Origin: Bacillota bacterium
GTDB taxonomy: Bacteria; Bacillota; Clostridia; Christensenellales; Aristaeellaceae
Assembly (NCBI GenBank): GCA_023396045.1
Contig: JAEWXD010000002.1
Span: 704-64,703 of the forward strand
Direction of reading: 5' to 3'
Length of the DNA stretch: 64,000 nucleotides
Notes under the pieces: generated by a model
The model's database searches: none
What the model was told of the DNA's origin: nothing
The model's input: only the letters and a program-made list of their open reading frames with translations
Shown here: piece by piece, positions 1-9,177 of the stretch
Layout: the number at the start of each line of letters is the position of its first letter
Numbering within the stretch: position 1 is the stretch's first letter
Position numbers and translations under genes: made by a program

Positions 1-56
1 TCTATTTTGCCAGCAAGTTCTTCATGCAGAACCAAGGCTTTTTCATATACGTTCAT
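1..56 (-). CDS. First 18 codons of a gene that runs off the left edge. The N-terminus MNVYEKALVLHEELAGKI resembles NAD(P)-malic enzyme (YtsJ/MaeB-type) N-termini.
   Basis: ATG at 56-54 lies 4 nt after AGGAGGA (67-61). It follows the asparaginase stop directly, so the two look co-operonic. Only 18 aa are visible. Confidence 0.35.
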   Translation of the reverse strand, partial: MNVYEKALVLHEELAGKI

Positions 57-69
57 GGTTTCCTCCTGT

Positions 70-1071
70 TTAGTAGCGCAGAGAGAAAGATGCTTCTCGT
101 TTACCTGCAAGGCTATTATTGTCGTTATAAATGTTAAAAGGCTTTAAGGCCAAAATGCGTTCTTCATGCTCAGGGGTGAGGGCATCCAAATCCTTTAATA
201 CTTGCAAAATGATAATTGGCCAAGATGTTTCTGTACCATCTGCAAGCTTTAAGCTTACGCCTATACGTTGTTTCTTCAAACCAAAGCCATACACACCATT
301 GGAGCCACCTTTGGCAATAATATTCGGATCCATATTCATAATGGAACAAATAAAGTCGGTACCGCGAATCATAAGTGGATGATTATGTATAGTTGGAATA
401 TAACGTTTGGCAGCTTTTTGCAAGCTTTCGTCTTTAATGGTATCTATACACGCCAAATTTTTATAGGCAATGGCAATGTTTTTGAGTGGTACAGAGAACA
501 CGGGCACACCACAACCGTCTAAACTGATTTGTGCATCGTTTGTTTCGCTCATTGCGCAAATGGCCTTTTTTACTTCTTTTTGGCAAGGGCTGGAGATTTT
601 CCAATATTCATTTACAGGGCCACCCAACTCTCTTTGCAAGAGCATCAGGGCAGTGTGTTTGCCGGAGCAGTTGTGAAAATATTTGCGTTTATCTTTTCCT
701 TCACGGATAAGCTTCATTTTATGTTCTTCATCTTGCGGCCAAGTAGGGAGCATAATCATATCCTCCTCTTTTAAGCCGGCTTTTTTTGCCATACTTTCTA
801 AGGCTTGCAAATGACGTTCTTCTGCAATATGAGAAGCAGAAAAAATAACAGCTTCTTGTTCTGTAAAACCGTATTTTTTATCTAAATCACGCGCAATCAC
901 AGGTAAAGCCTGTATAGGTTTACTAGAACTACGGTAACATGTGATGTTTTCCGGATCACCCAAAGCATGTAGTACATTACCATGCTCGTCAACTACACAA
1001 AGATTACCCATGTGTACCAAGTCTAACACTTTACCCCGGTACTCACGGGTTAATTCAACATACTTTTCCAT
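70..1071 (-). CDS. L-asparaginase II family protein (Rhizobium AnsA-type)
   Basis: Intact 333-aa ORF with the family-typical motifs HNCSGKH and DGCGVP. Confidence 0.75.
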   Translation of the reverse strand: MEKYVELTREYRGKVLDLVHMGNLCVVDEHGNVLHALGDPENITCYRSSSKPIQALPVIARDLDKKYGFTEQEAVIFSASHIAEERHLQALESMAKKAGLKEEDMIMLPTWPQDEEHKMKLIREGKDKRKYFHNCSGKHTALMLLQRELGGPVNEYWKISSPCQKEVKKAICAMSETNDAQISLDGCGVPVFSVPLKNIAIAYKNLACIDTIKDESLQKAAKRYIPTIHNHPLMIRGTDFICSIMNMDPNIIAKGGSNGVYGFGLKKQRIGVSLKLADGTETSWPIIILQVLKDLDALTPEHEERILALKPFNIYNDNNSLAGKREASFSLRY

Positions 1072-1152
1072 ATACGCCTCTTGTTATGAGATATTTTGCT
1101 TTTTGCATACACATATTATTGCACTTTAGCATAGGCTTGTCAAGGCAAGCGC

Positions 1153-1181
1153 TTGACAGAATTCTGCAAATTTTCAATAAT
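1153..1181 (+). promoter_or_regulatory. Sigma-70-type promoter for cutC
   Basis: TTGACA (1153-1158), 17-nt spacer, AATAAT (1176-1181). The -35 sits inside the inverted repeat TGTCAAG/CTTGACA. Confidence 0.5.
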
Positions 1182-1214
1182 GTAATTATGTAAATTTATC
1201 GTAGGAGAATGCAC

Positions 1215-1922
1215 ATGATACTCGAATTATGTAGCCAAAGCTACGCAGATGCAAAGCTTGCCGAAAAATATAAAATACCCAGAATAGAGCTCAACTCTGC
1301 CTTGGAGCTGGGTGGATTAAGCCCACAACTTGCTACATTGCAAACAATTAAACGAAATTGTAACATACAGGTTATTGCTATGTTGCGTTTGCGTGGCGGT
1401 GATTTTTGTTACAGCCAAAGTGAGATGCAGGAACTAATTACCACAGCACATCTATTATTACAAAACGGCGCAGACGGTTTGGCTTTTGGTGCAAATACTG
1501 CAAACGGTGGTATAGAGCAAACACAAACAAAGCAAATTGTAAATATTTGTAAAGAATATGGCAAGGAATTTGTTTTTCACCGTGCGTTTGATGTACAAAA
1601 TAATATAGAAGAAATAGAAATTTTAATTGCTTTAGGGGCTAATCGTTTGCTTACCAGCGGTATGTGCAAAACCGCTTGGGAAGGTAGAGAAAACCTGCGC
1701 CAAATGCAAACACGTTATGGAAAACACATTGAAATATTAGCCGGCAGCGGTGTAAATGCAGGCAATGCAAAACAAATACTGAACTATACCGGTGTAGAAC
1801 AAATCCACGGCAGTTTTAGCATAGCCTGTGAAAGCAAAAGCCAAAACGAAGTAAGCTTTGGCAGCTACCTTACCTGTAATGAAGCAAAATTACAAGCCTT
1901 ACAAAAAGAATTGATGTGGTAA
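1215..1922 (+). CDS. cutC: Copper homeostasis protein CutC family
   Basis: N-terminus LELCSQSY..RIELNSALELGGLSP matches the CutC TIM-barrel signature. GGAG at 1204-1207 favours the ATG at 1215 over the one at 1209. Confidence 0.8.
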   Translation: MILELCSQSYADAKLAEKYKIPRIELNSALELGGLSPQLATLQTIKRNCNIQVIAMLRLRGGDFCYSQSEMQELITTAHLLLQNGADGLAFGANTANGGIEQTQTKQIVNICKEYGKEFVFHRAFDVQNNIEEIEILIALGANRLLTSGMCKTAWEGRENLRQMQTRYGKHIEILAGSGVNAGNAKQILNYTGVEQIHGSFSIACESKSQNEVSFGSYLTCNEAKLQALQKELMW

Positions 1923-2467
1923 TGATGGAAGAATTGTTTTTAGAATTGCAAGATACACAATGGCCCTTAGACTATATAAACCACGATAGGCAAATTGCAC
2001 GCGCCATTGTAATAGATGAAAACCATCAGTTTTATTTTATAAGAGTTCACCGTGATGACGACTTTGGCAAAGCCACACTTATAGAAACTGCCGGTGGCGG
2101 TGTAGAACCAAACGAAAGTGTTGAAGCCGCCATACAAAGAGAATTGCACGAAGAATTAGGTGCAAAAGTAGAAATACTTTGCAAACTGGGTGTGGTGAGC
2201 GACTATTACAACAAAGTACACAGGCATAACATTAACCACTATTTTTTATGCAAAGCCATAGCTTTTGGTGCAACATCCATGACACAGCAGGAAAAAGAAG
2301 ATTTTCACCTCTCTACATTGTGCATAAGCTACGAACAGGCCTTGCAAGAATATAAGACCTCTGCCCAATACCCTTTGGGAAAATTGCTTGCACAAAGAGA
2401 GTTGCCTGTCTTACAAAAAGCAGTGGAGTGGCTCAGCGAACACGAGAAAAAAACTGCACTCTTATGA
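1922..2467 (+). CDS. NUDIX hydrolase
   Basis: Nudix box GGGVEPNESVEAAIQRELHEELGA. The start overlaps the cutC stop (TAATG); GTG at 1916 is an alternative start. Confidence 0.8.
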   Translation: MMEELFLELQDTQWPLDYINHDRQIARAIVIDENHQFYFIRVHRDDDFGKATLIETAGGGVEPNESVEAAIQRELHEELGAKVEILCKLGVVSDYYNKVHRHNINHYFLCKAIAFGATSMTQQEKEDFHLSTLCISYEQALQEYKTSAQYPLGKLLAQRELPVLQKAVEWLSEHEKKTALL

Positions 2468-2548
2468 AAGCAAGCATAATAGCACTATCAATCATCTTAC
2501 TTTACAACAGATACCCTGCATTTAAAAAGCAAATTTGAGGTTACAACA

Positions 2549-3046
2549 ATGATTTTACGAAAAGCGTTGGAAAATGAAGCCAAACTTGCCTACCAATGTA
2601 TAGACGAGGCAAGGAACTATCAACAATCGCTTGGCTTTATACAGTGGCATGCGGGCTACCCTAACATGACCACCATAAAAGAAGATATTCAAAAAGGCAT
2701 AGGTTATGTGTTTGAGGAAGACGGAAAGATATTGGGCTATTGCTGTATACTGCTTGGCGATGAACCAGCCTACCACGAAATAGAGGGCACATGGCTTACA
2801 GAACGCCCCTACGGCGTTGTGCATAGAATGGGCTTTAATAATGCCAGCCGTGGCAAAGGCTATTCTGCCCCTGCTTTTGCAAGCATAAAAGAATTTTGCC
2901 TTGCACAAGGTTATACTGCTGTACGCATTGATACACAAGAAGAAAATAAAGTAATGCAACATATATTGCAAAAAGAAGGCTTTGTGCAATGCGGTATTAT
3001 TTTTTATGACAACGGGCCAAGATTGGCTTATGAATGGGATGCATGA
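2549..3046 (+). CDS. GNAT family N-acetyltransferase
   Basis: 165-aa ORF with acetyl-CoA-binding-type motifs (HRMGFNNASRGKGYSAPAF) and a GAGG ribosome-binding site. Confidence 0.7.
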   Translation: MILRKALENEAKLAYQCIDEARNYQQSLGFIQWHAGYPNMTTIKEDIQKGIGYVFEEDGKILGYCCILLGDEPAYHEIEGTWLTERPYGVVHRMGFNNASRGKGYSAPAFASIKEFCLAQGYTAVRIDTQEENKVMQHILQKEGFVQCGIIFYDNGPRLAYEWDA

Positions 3047-3282
3047 TAATTCAATAAATTTTTTCTACCTGCCGCATACATTCTTAAAATAACAATTTCA
3101 TAAGCAGATACTTGTTTGCCACACAAAACTTTTTTTGTTTGGCAAACAATTTTTATGGGTAAAAAAATATTGGTTAGTTATATTTTACTGCAGAGCATTG
3201 CAAACATATACAGATAAAGTAAAATATATAATAACAATTAAGTTATTTTTAATTTTTATGTTGAATATTTGCTTAACGTTCA

Positions 3283-3311
3283 TTGACAAAAACCTTTGTA
3301 TTAGCTATACT
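3283..3311 (+). promoter_or_regulatory. Consensus sigma-70 promoter of the metal ABC operon
   Basis: TTGACA (3283-3288), 17-nt spacer, TATACT (3306-3311). Confidence 0.65.
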
Positions 3312-3344
3312 ATTAAGGTTACTAACATGTATTGGAGAAACATT

Positions 3345-4181
3345 ATGTGGAAAAAATATGTACTTTTATTTTGCGCTTTTTGTTTGTTGCTTAGCTCTGT
3401 GGCCCAAGCACAAGAAAATCAAATTGCCGTTACCATATTACCCTTACAAGCCTTTGCAGACAAAATTACAGGCGGCACTATACCCGTAATGGTGGCTGTA
3501 CCTCAAGGCGCCAGCCCTGAAAGCTATGAACCAAGCCCTAAAGAAATGGAAAGTTTAAGTAAGGCCTCTGTCTATTTTTCCATTGGTATGCCAGCGGAAG
3601 CCATTAAAATTACACCCTTTTTGCAAGAAAATACCAAAATAGTAAATCTTGCCCAATTGGTAAGCGCCAATTATCCTGATTTAGAAATTAATCACGAAAG
3701 AGACCCGCATATTTGGCTCAGCATTGCACGCAGCAAGTTTATGGTACAAACCATGTGCGAAACACTTGTAGAAATCTATCCCAACCAAAAAGAAGTTTTT
3801 GAAAAAAACACTGCCGCTTTTTTACAGGAATTAGACGCACTGGATAGCTATATCAAAACTTCTTTGAAAGGAATTAAAGACAATAAATTCATTGCCTTCC
3901 ACCCTGCATTTCAATATTTTGCCGAAGAATATGGGCTTGAAATGTTCTCTTTAGAAGAACATGGCCATGAAGCAACCGTACGGCAGTTAGAAATGCGTTT
4001 ACAACTGGCAAAAGAAAAAAATATCAAAGTTATCTTTATTCAAGACGAAATCAGCTCCAGGCAAGCCACTGCATTTGCAGATGCCGTGGGCGGTAAAGTA
4101 TTAAAGCTCAGCCCTTTGGCCTATGAGTATGTAAACAATATGAAAGCCATGACCGACGTTTTGGCAGAGGTATTAAAATAA
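3345..4181 (+). CDS. Metal (Zn/Mn-type, cluster A-I/TroA-ZnuA family) ABC transporter substrate-binding protein
   Basis: Signal peptide MWKKYVLLFCAFCLLLSSVAQA and a DPHIWLS motif. GGAG at 3334-3337. The ORF-track start at 3135 is an unsupported upstream extension. Confidence 0.85.
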   Translation: MWKKYVLLFCAFCLLLSSVAQAQENQIAVTILPLQAFADKITGGTIPVMVAVPQGASPESYEPSPKEMESLSKASVYFSIGMPAEAIKITPFLQENTKIVNLAQLVSANYPDLEINHERDPHIWLSIARSKFMVQTMCETLVEIYPNQKEVFEKNTAAFLQELDALDSYIKTSLKGIKDNKFIAFHPAFQYFAEEYGLEMFSLEEHGHEATVRQLEMRLQLAKEKNIKVIFIQDEISSRQATAFADAVGGKVLKLSPLAYEYVNNMKAMTDVLAEVLK

Positions 4182-4954
4182 TGAACATTATTGAAACCAA
4201 ACATCTTTTTGTAGAGTTTGGCGAAACACAAGCCCTTACAGATGTAAACTTGCAAGTGCAGGAAGGCGACTATGTAGCCATCATTGGACCCAACGGTGGC
4301 GGTAAGACCACATTGCTCAACAGCATCATCGGTTTACAAAAACCATGCCGCGGCAATGTGCAGCTCTTTGGCAAAACACCAACACAAGCACGCACACACG
4401 TAGGCTTTGTGCCGCAGTTTGGCAAAATGAACAAGCGTTTCCCCATAAGTGTACACGAGGCGGTGCTCACGGGTGCATTAAAATCTGCCATACATCCTTT
4501 TTTCAGGTATAGTGCCCAAGATAAAGCACAAGCCATGGAAAAATTAGAGCAGCTTGGCATTGCCCATTTGCACAACAGGCAAATAAGCAAGCTGAGTGGG
4601 GGCGAATTTCAACGCATGCTGATTGCAAGAGCCTTGATGAATAACCCGCGTTTGCTTTTGTTAGACGAGCCTACAAGCAGTATAGACCCGCAAAGCAGGG
4701 AATTAATATACGCACTGCTCAAAGATTTTAATAAACAAGGCAGCATTGTAATGGTAAGCCATGACTTAGTTGCCGTATCCAGCCATGTAAAAAGCATTGT
4801 ATGCTTAAATAAAAATTTAATTTACCATGGCGAGCCTGAACTTTCTGAAAATACGGTGCAACAGCTTTATGGTTGCCCTGTGGATTTAATTGCCCACGGT
4901 GTGCCCCATAGAGTGTTAAAGCACCATCACCATGAGGGATGTAATTGTGTTTAA
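4181..4954 (+). CDS. Metal ABC transporter ATP-binding protein (ZnuC-like)
   Basis: Walker A GPNGGGKTT, signature LSGGEFQR, Walker B LLLLDEP. The start overlaps the upstream stop (TAATG). Confidence 0.9.
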   Translation: MNIIETKHLFVEFGETQALTDVNLQVQEGDYVAIIGPNGGGKTTLLNSIIGLQKPCRGNVQLFGKTPTQARTHVGFVPQFGKMNKRFPISVHEAVLTGALKSAIHPFFRYSAQDKAQAMEKLEQLGIAHLHNRQISKLSGGEFQRMLIARALMNNPRLLLLDEPTSSIDPQSRELIYALLKDFNKQGSIVMVSHDLVAVSSHVKSIVCLNKNLIYHGEPELSENTVQQLYGCPVDLIAHGVPHRVLKHHHHEGCNCV

Positions 4955-5777
4955 TATTTTTAATAGCCCCTTTATGCAAAATGCACTTTTGGCTTGCATA
5001 TTTAGCAGCATCATTTGCGGCATCATCGGTATTGTAATTACCGAAAAAAAATTGGTAATGATGAGTGGAGGCATAGCGCACACTGCCTATGGCGGTGTTG
5101 GCTTAGGTTACTTTTTAGGCTTTGAACCCATGATTGGCGCTATACTGTTTAGCATTGCCAGTGCTTTTAGCATAGGTTTTATACAAAAGAAGAGCAAACT
5201 GAACGCAGATATGATAATTGGCCTATTATGGAGCTTTGGCATGGCTTTAGGCATACTCTTTTTTACCATGACCACGGGTTATAAAGCCAGTTTAGAAAGC
5301 TACTTGTTTGGCAATGTGCTTTCTGTACTGCGCAGTGATATTATTACCATTGCATGCCTCAGTTTATTTGTACTGCTTACCTTTATCATATTCAAGGAAG
5401 ATTGGAAAAGCTATTTGTTTGACGAGCAATTTGCTTGGCTTAAAGGTCAGAATACTATGTTTTTTCAATACTTTATGTTGATATTGATTGCGCTTAGCAT
5501 TGTGGCCCTCATTCATGTAGTAGGCATTATATTGGTTATCGCCATGCTCACCGCCCCAGCTGCTTCTGCCGGCTTACTAAGTAAGCGCTTTGGCATGCGC
5601 ATGGTGTTTGCCGTGATGATTGGTTTTATTAACTGTATGATCGGTTTATACATAAGCTATTACCTGAATATAGCCACCGGGGCTTGTATTGTTGTGGTTT
5701 CCATACTTACCTATTTTATATTATTTATTATAAAAAACAGCAAAAGGAAATTTGAACGAAAACAAAAAATCACATAA
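4932..5777 (+). CDS. Metal ABC transporter permease (ABC-3/ZnuB family)
   Basis: Polytopic membrane protein with the conserved FMQNALLA N-terminus. GTG at 4947, preceded by GAGGG, is an alternative start. Confidence 0.85.
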   Translation: MRDVIVFNIFNSPFMQNALLACIFSSIICGIIGIVITEKKLVMMSGGIAHTAYGGVGLGYFLGFEPMIGAILFSIASAFSIGFIQKKSKLNADMIIGLLWSFGMALGILFFTMTTGYKASLESYLFGNVLSVLRSDIITIACLSLFVLLTFIIFKEDWKSYLFDEQFAWLKGQNTMFFQYFMLILIALSIVALIHVVGIILVIAMLTAPAASAGLLSKRFGMRMVFAVMIGFINCMIGLYISYYLNIATGACIVVVSILTYFILFIIKNSKRKFERKQKIT

Positions 5778-5796
5778 AACCGCTTAAGTTTTGAGC

Positions 5797-5828
5797 AAGA
5801 TGTTCTTAAAAATAGAACATCTTTTTTA
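5797..5828 (+). terminator. Rho-independent terminator after the metal ABC operon
   Basis: AAGATGTTCT/AGAACATCTT stem followed by a T-run. Confidence 0.8.
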
Positions 5829-6000
5829 TTGTTCAGCATTTATTATACTTATATACGGTACATTAACCGGCTATTTTTGCGATAAAAACAAATAAAAGGT
5901 ATCATTTGTTACAAAACATCTTGCGTTTATTGTAAAAGCTGTTATAATAAAACATATTAATTATATGAACTTCGGTTCAAAAATATGGAGGTATTCTTTT

Positions 6001-7266
6001 ATGAAAAAGAGTATTGCGTTATTACTTACCGCCATGCTATTGCTTGGCATGTGTGCAACTGTTTTTGCAGCAGAAGAAGAAACCTTAACCGTTTGGTGCT
6101 GGGACCCTAACTTCAATATTTATGCTATGCAAGAAGCAGAAAAAATTTATCAAAAAGATCACCCTAACTTCAAACTAAACATAGTTGAAAAAGCATGGGA
6201 CGATGTGCAAACCGGTATCACCACCGCTGCAGGTGGCGACATGAGCATTTTGCCTGACATTATGTTGGTGCAAGACATGGCATTCAGAAAAAACGTTGCC
6301 AACTTCCCAGAAGTATTTGCAGACATTACCGAAAGCGGTATCGCATTTGACAAATTTTCCCCAAGCAAAGTTGGCTACTCTGTAGTAGACGGCAAAAATT
6401 ATGGCGTTCCATTTGATAACGGTGCTGCCATTGCTGCTTACAGAACCGACATTTTAGAACAAGCTGGCTTTAAAGCTTCTGATTTAAACGACATTACCTG
6501 GACAAGATTTATTGAAATCGGTAAAGAAGTATTGGCTAAAACAGGCGTACCTATGTTTGCTTACAGCCCGGCTGATGCCGACTTTTTAACCATGTTACTA
6601 CAATCCATGGGTACTTCCATGTTTACAGAAGATGGTAAGGTAAACCTGAACAACAACCCCGGCATTCATGAAATGATTAAAATTTACAAAGAACTTCGCG
6701 ATGCAGGCATTTATGTAGAAGTTCAAAACTGGGACGAATATTGCCGTGCAAACGTTACCGGCGGTTGCGTAGGTACCATTCAAGGTTGCTGGTTTATTGG
6801 CACATTAACAAGTGCTCCTGAATTGGAAGGCAAATGGGCTATCGTAAATGCACCTAAGGCTGAAATTGAAGGCGCAAGCAACTACACTGCAAACGGCGGT
6901 TCTTCTTGGGCAATTACAAGCAATGCTAAAAACAAAGAATTGGCTGCAGATTTCTTAGCCAAAACTTTTGCCGGCAGCGTTGAATTATATGACACCATTT
7001 TAGAAAAAGCCGGTGCTATTGCAACCTACTTGCCAGCAGCAGATTCTGATGTATATGGTAAAGAACAAGCTTTCTTTGGCGGCCAAAAAGTGTACCAAGA
7101 CATCGTAAACTTCGGTAGTAAAATTCCTACCATTACCATTGGTGTGTACCACTATGAAGCACGCAATGCTTTAAGCATCGCCGTACAAGAAATTGTAAAT
7201 GGTGCAGAAGAACAAGCAGCACTTGATAAAGCACAACAAGACGTTGAATTTAACATGGGCCTATAA
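6001..7266 (+). CDS. Carbohydrate ABC transporter substrate-binding protein (CUT1 family)
   Basis: Signal peptide MKKSIALLLTAMLLLGMCATVFA, GGAGG ribosome-binding site, followed by two MalF/MalG-type permease genes. Confidence 0.85.
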   Translation: MKKSIALLLTAMLLLGMCATVFAAEEETLTVWCWDPNFNIYAMQEAEKIYQKDHPNFKLNIVEKAWDDVQTGITTAAGGDMSILPDIMLVQDMAFRKNVANFPEVFADITESGIAFDKFSPSKVGYSVVDGKNYGVPFDNGAAIAAYRTDILEQAGFKASDLNDITWTRFIEIGKEVLAKTGVPMFAYSPADADFLTMLLQSMGTSMFTEDGKVNLNNNPGIHEMIKIYKELRDAGIYVEVQNWDEYCRANVTGGCVGTIQGCWFIGTLTSAPELEGKWAIVNAPKAEIEGASNYTANGGSSWAITSNAKNKELAADFLAKTFAGSVELYDTILEKAGAIATYLPAADSDVYGKEQAFFGGQKVYQDIVNFGSKIPTITIGVYHYEARNALSIAVQEIVNGAEEQAALDKAQQDVEFNMGL

Positions 7267-7284
7267 TTGATCCTGTATCATTTT

Positions 7285-7383
7285 GCCGAGAAGCTATAAT
7301 AGCCTCTCGGCGTATTTAAAAATCCCCTAAGTTCAAAGCCTTAGAGGATTTTTAAATACGATATAGCAAAGAGCCGCCGGCTC
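7285..7383 (+). terminator. Three tandem hairpins between the SBP and permease genes (partial terminator or mRNA stabiliser)
   Basis: 7285-7311: 13-bp stem with one mismatch. 7313-7358: 19-bp arms with one mismatch and an internal T-run. 7371-7383: GAGCC/GGCTC stem. Confidence 0.6.
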
Positions 7384-7418
7384 AATTTGTTCAAAATATA
7401 TAGAAAGGATTCTGCAAT

Positions 7419-8318
7419 ATGACCAAAAAACCCCGACTTTCCTTAAACAAAAAGCAAAACTTAACGGGTTGGCTCTTTTTATCTGTGGCAACAATACTCA
7501 TATTTGTAATGTATTTTTACCCCATGTTAGAAGCCTTCCTTCTATCTTTTCAAAGTGGAATGGGTTCTAATATGAAGTGGGCCGGCTTGCGCAACTATCA
7601 ATACTTATTAAAGGATAGCAACTTTATCATTACCCTGCGCAACAACTTTATTTACTTAGCCATACAAGTACCCCTTATGCTTTTATTTGCCTTGGTGTTG
7701 GCAACGATGCTAAACAACCCCAAGCTCAAACTAAGAGGGATTTTTAGAACAGCCATTTTTTTGCCTTGCGCCACCTCCTTGGTTGCTTACTCCATTATAT
7801 TCCGCAGCTTGTTTGCCTTAGACGGCATGATTAACTCTACACTATTACACTTTGGTTTTGTAGATGCACCAATTAACTGGTTGGCCAACGGCAATAGCCC
7901 TTGGCATGGCCAATTGGTAATCATATTGGCATTGCTCTGGCGTTGGACAGGCTACAACATGGTATTCTACCTTTCCGGTTTACAAAACATTGAACACAGC
8001 ATATATGAAGCCGCACGCATAGATGGTGCAGGCCCCGTGCGCCAGTTTTTTAATATTACAGTGCCCCTGCTTAAACCTACCATATTGCTTACTGCCATCA
8101 TTTCTACCAATGGCACATTGCAATTGTTTGATGAATCCATCAACCTTACCAAGGGTGGCCCGGGTTACCAAACCATGACTATGAGCCATTACATTTATAA
8201 CATGAGCTTTTACGGTACACCTAAATTTGGCTATGCTGCCGCCATTAGCTTTGTTATATTTATATTAGTAGCAACGCTTTCCATTATTCAACTAAAGGTT
8301 GGTGATAAGCGTGATTAA
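7419..8318 (+). CDS. Sugar ABC transporter permease (MalF-like)
   Basis: EAA loop EAARIDGAGPVRQF; about 6 predicted TM helices. Confidence 0.9.
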   Translation: MTKKPRLSLNKKQNLTGWLFLSVATILIFVMYFYPMLEAFLLSFQSGMGSNMKWAGLRNYQYLLKDSNFIITLRNNFIYLAIQVPLMLLFALVLATMLNNPKLKLRGIFRTAIFLPCATSLVAYSIIFRSLFALDGMINSTLLHFGFVDAPINWLANGNSPWHGQLVIILALLWRWTGYNMVFYLSGLQNIEHSIYEAARIDGAGPVRQFFNITVPLLKPTILLTAIISTNGTLQLFDESINLTKGGPGYQTMTMSHYIYNMSFYGTPKFGYAAAISFVIFILVATLSIIQLKVGDKRD

Positions 8319-9132
8319 AAAACATTTGCGCCTTACAGGTAACGTATTTAAGTATTTATTTTTAATTGTCATTGCCTTCATCAGTGTATTTCCATTGGTA
8401 TGGATGGCTATTTCTGCCACCAACAAAGGCCTGGATATTATGAAAGGTACTTTGACTCCGGGCACAAATATAGTGCAAAACTACCAAACCATACTTGCAA
8501 GTTATGATTTATGGGGCGCCATGTGGAACAGCTTTAGCTACGCCATTTCCCAAACGGTGCTTTCTTTACTCATATGTTCCTTAGCGGGCTACGGTTTTGA
8601 AATTTTCCATGATAAATGGAAAGATAAATTAATGGTAGTATTGCTCAGCGCTATGATGGTACCCTTTGCCAGCACCATGATACCGCTCTTCCGTATGACA
8701 AGCAAAATGGGCTTGTTAAACTCTGCCTTAGGCTATGTTTTGCCCTCCCTTTCTACACCGTTTTTAATTATGATGTTTAGGCAGGCTGCCAGAAGCTTCC
8801 CCCATGATATTATAGAAGCGGCACGTATAGATGGTTTAAGCGAGTTTAGTATATTCTTTAAAATGTTTATACCTACCATGCGCTCCACCTACGCCGCTGC
8901 CATGACCATTACCTTTATGAACGCTTGGAATAGCTACCTATGGCCAAAGGTTATTTTGGTAGATGGCAAAACACTCACCATGCCCATGCTGCTTGCCAAC
9001 ATTATTGCCGGCTACAATGTAGACTATGGCGCCATGATGCTTGCCGTACTATTTTGCACACTGCCAACTATTATTATATTCTTCTTATTACAAAAGAGTT
9101 TTACAGAGGGTATCAGTGGCGCAGTAAAATAA
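8311..9132 (+). CDS. Sugar ABC transporter permease (MalG-like)
   Basis: EAA loop EAARIDGLSEFSIF. GTG at 8311 follows AAAGGTTGGTGA; the ORF-track start is TTG at 8299. Confidence 0.85.
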   Translation: MIKKHLRLTGNVFKYLFLIVIAFISVFPLVWMAISATNKGLDIMKGTLTPGTNIVQNYQTILASYDLWGAMWNSFSYAISQTVLSLLICSLAGYGFEIFHDKWKDKLMVVLLSAMMVPFASTMIPLFRMTSKMGLLNSALGYVLPSLSTPFLIMMFRQAARSFPHDIIEAARIDGLSEFSIFFKMFIPTMRSTYAAAMTITFMNAWNSYLWPKVILVDGKTLTMPMLLANIIAGYNVDYGAMMLAVLFCTLPTIIIFFLLQKSFTEGISGAVK

Positions 9133-9141
9133 TTGCATACT

Positions 9142-9169
9142 AAAACACATACCCAATGGTATGTGTTTT
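9142..9169. terminator. Bidirectional terminator between the convergent sugar ABC operon and mgtE
   Basis: AAAACACATACC-caat-GGTATGTGTTTT. Confidence 0.8.
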
Positions 9170-9177
9170 AAATTGTT

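Noticed and set aside
3231-3327. Zur/AdcR box for the metal ABC operon (ATAAC-aattaa-GTTAT at 3231-3246; GTTA-C-TAAC at 3318-3326)
   Set aside because: Neither element matches the 7-1-7 Fur-family Zur box nor the TTAACNRGTTAA AdcR box. The arms are only 4-5 bp in very AT-rich DNA.
3135-3344. 70-codon N-terminal extension of the metal SBP ORF. Similar extensions occur at 5965-6000, 10522-10581, 18849-18911, 23029-23136, 28228-28296, 43912-44004 and 61126-61140.
   Set aside because: In each case a downstream Met is preceded by a good GGAG-type ribosome-binding site and begins a typical signal peptide or conserved N-terminus. The extensions run through promoter or terminator sequence.
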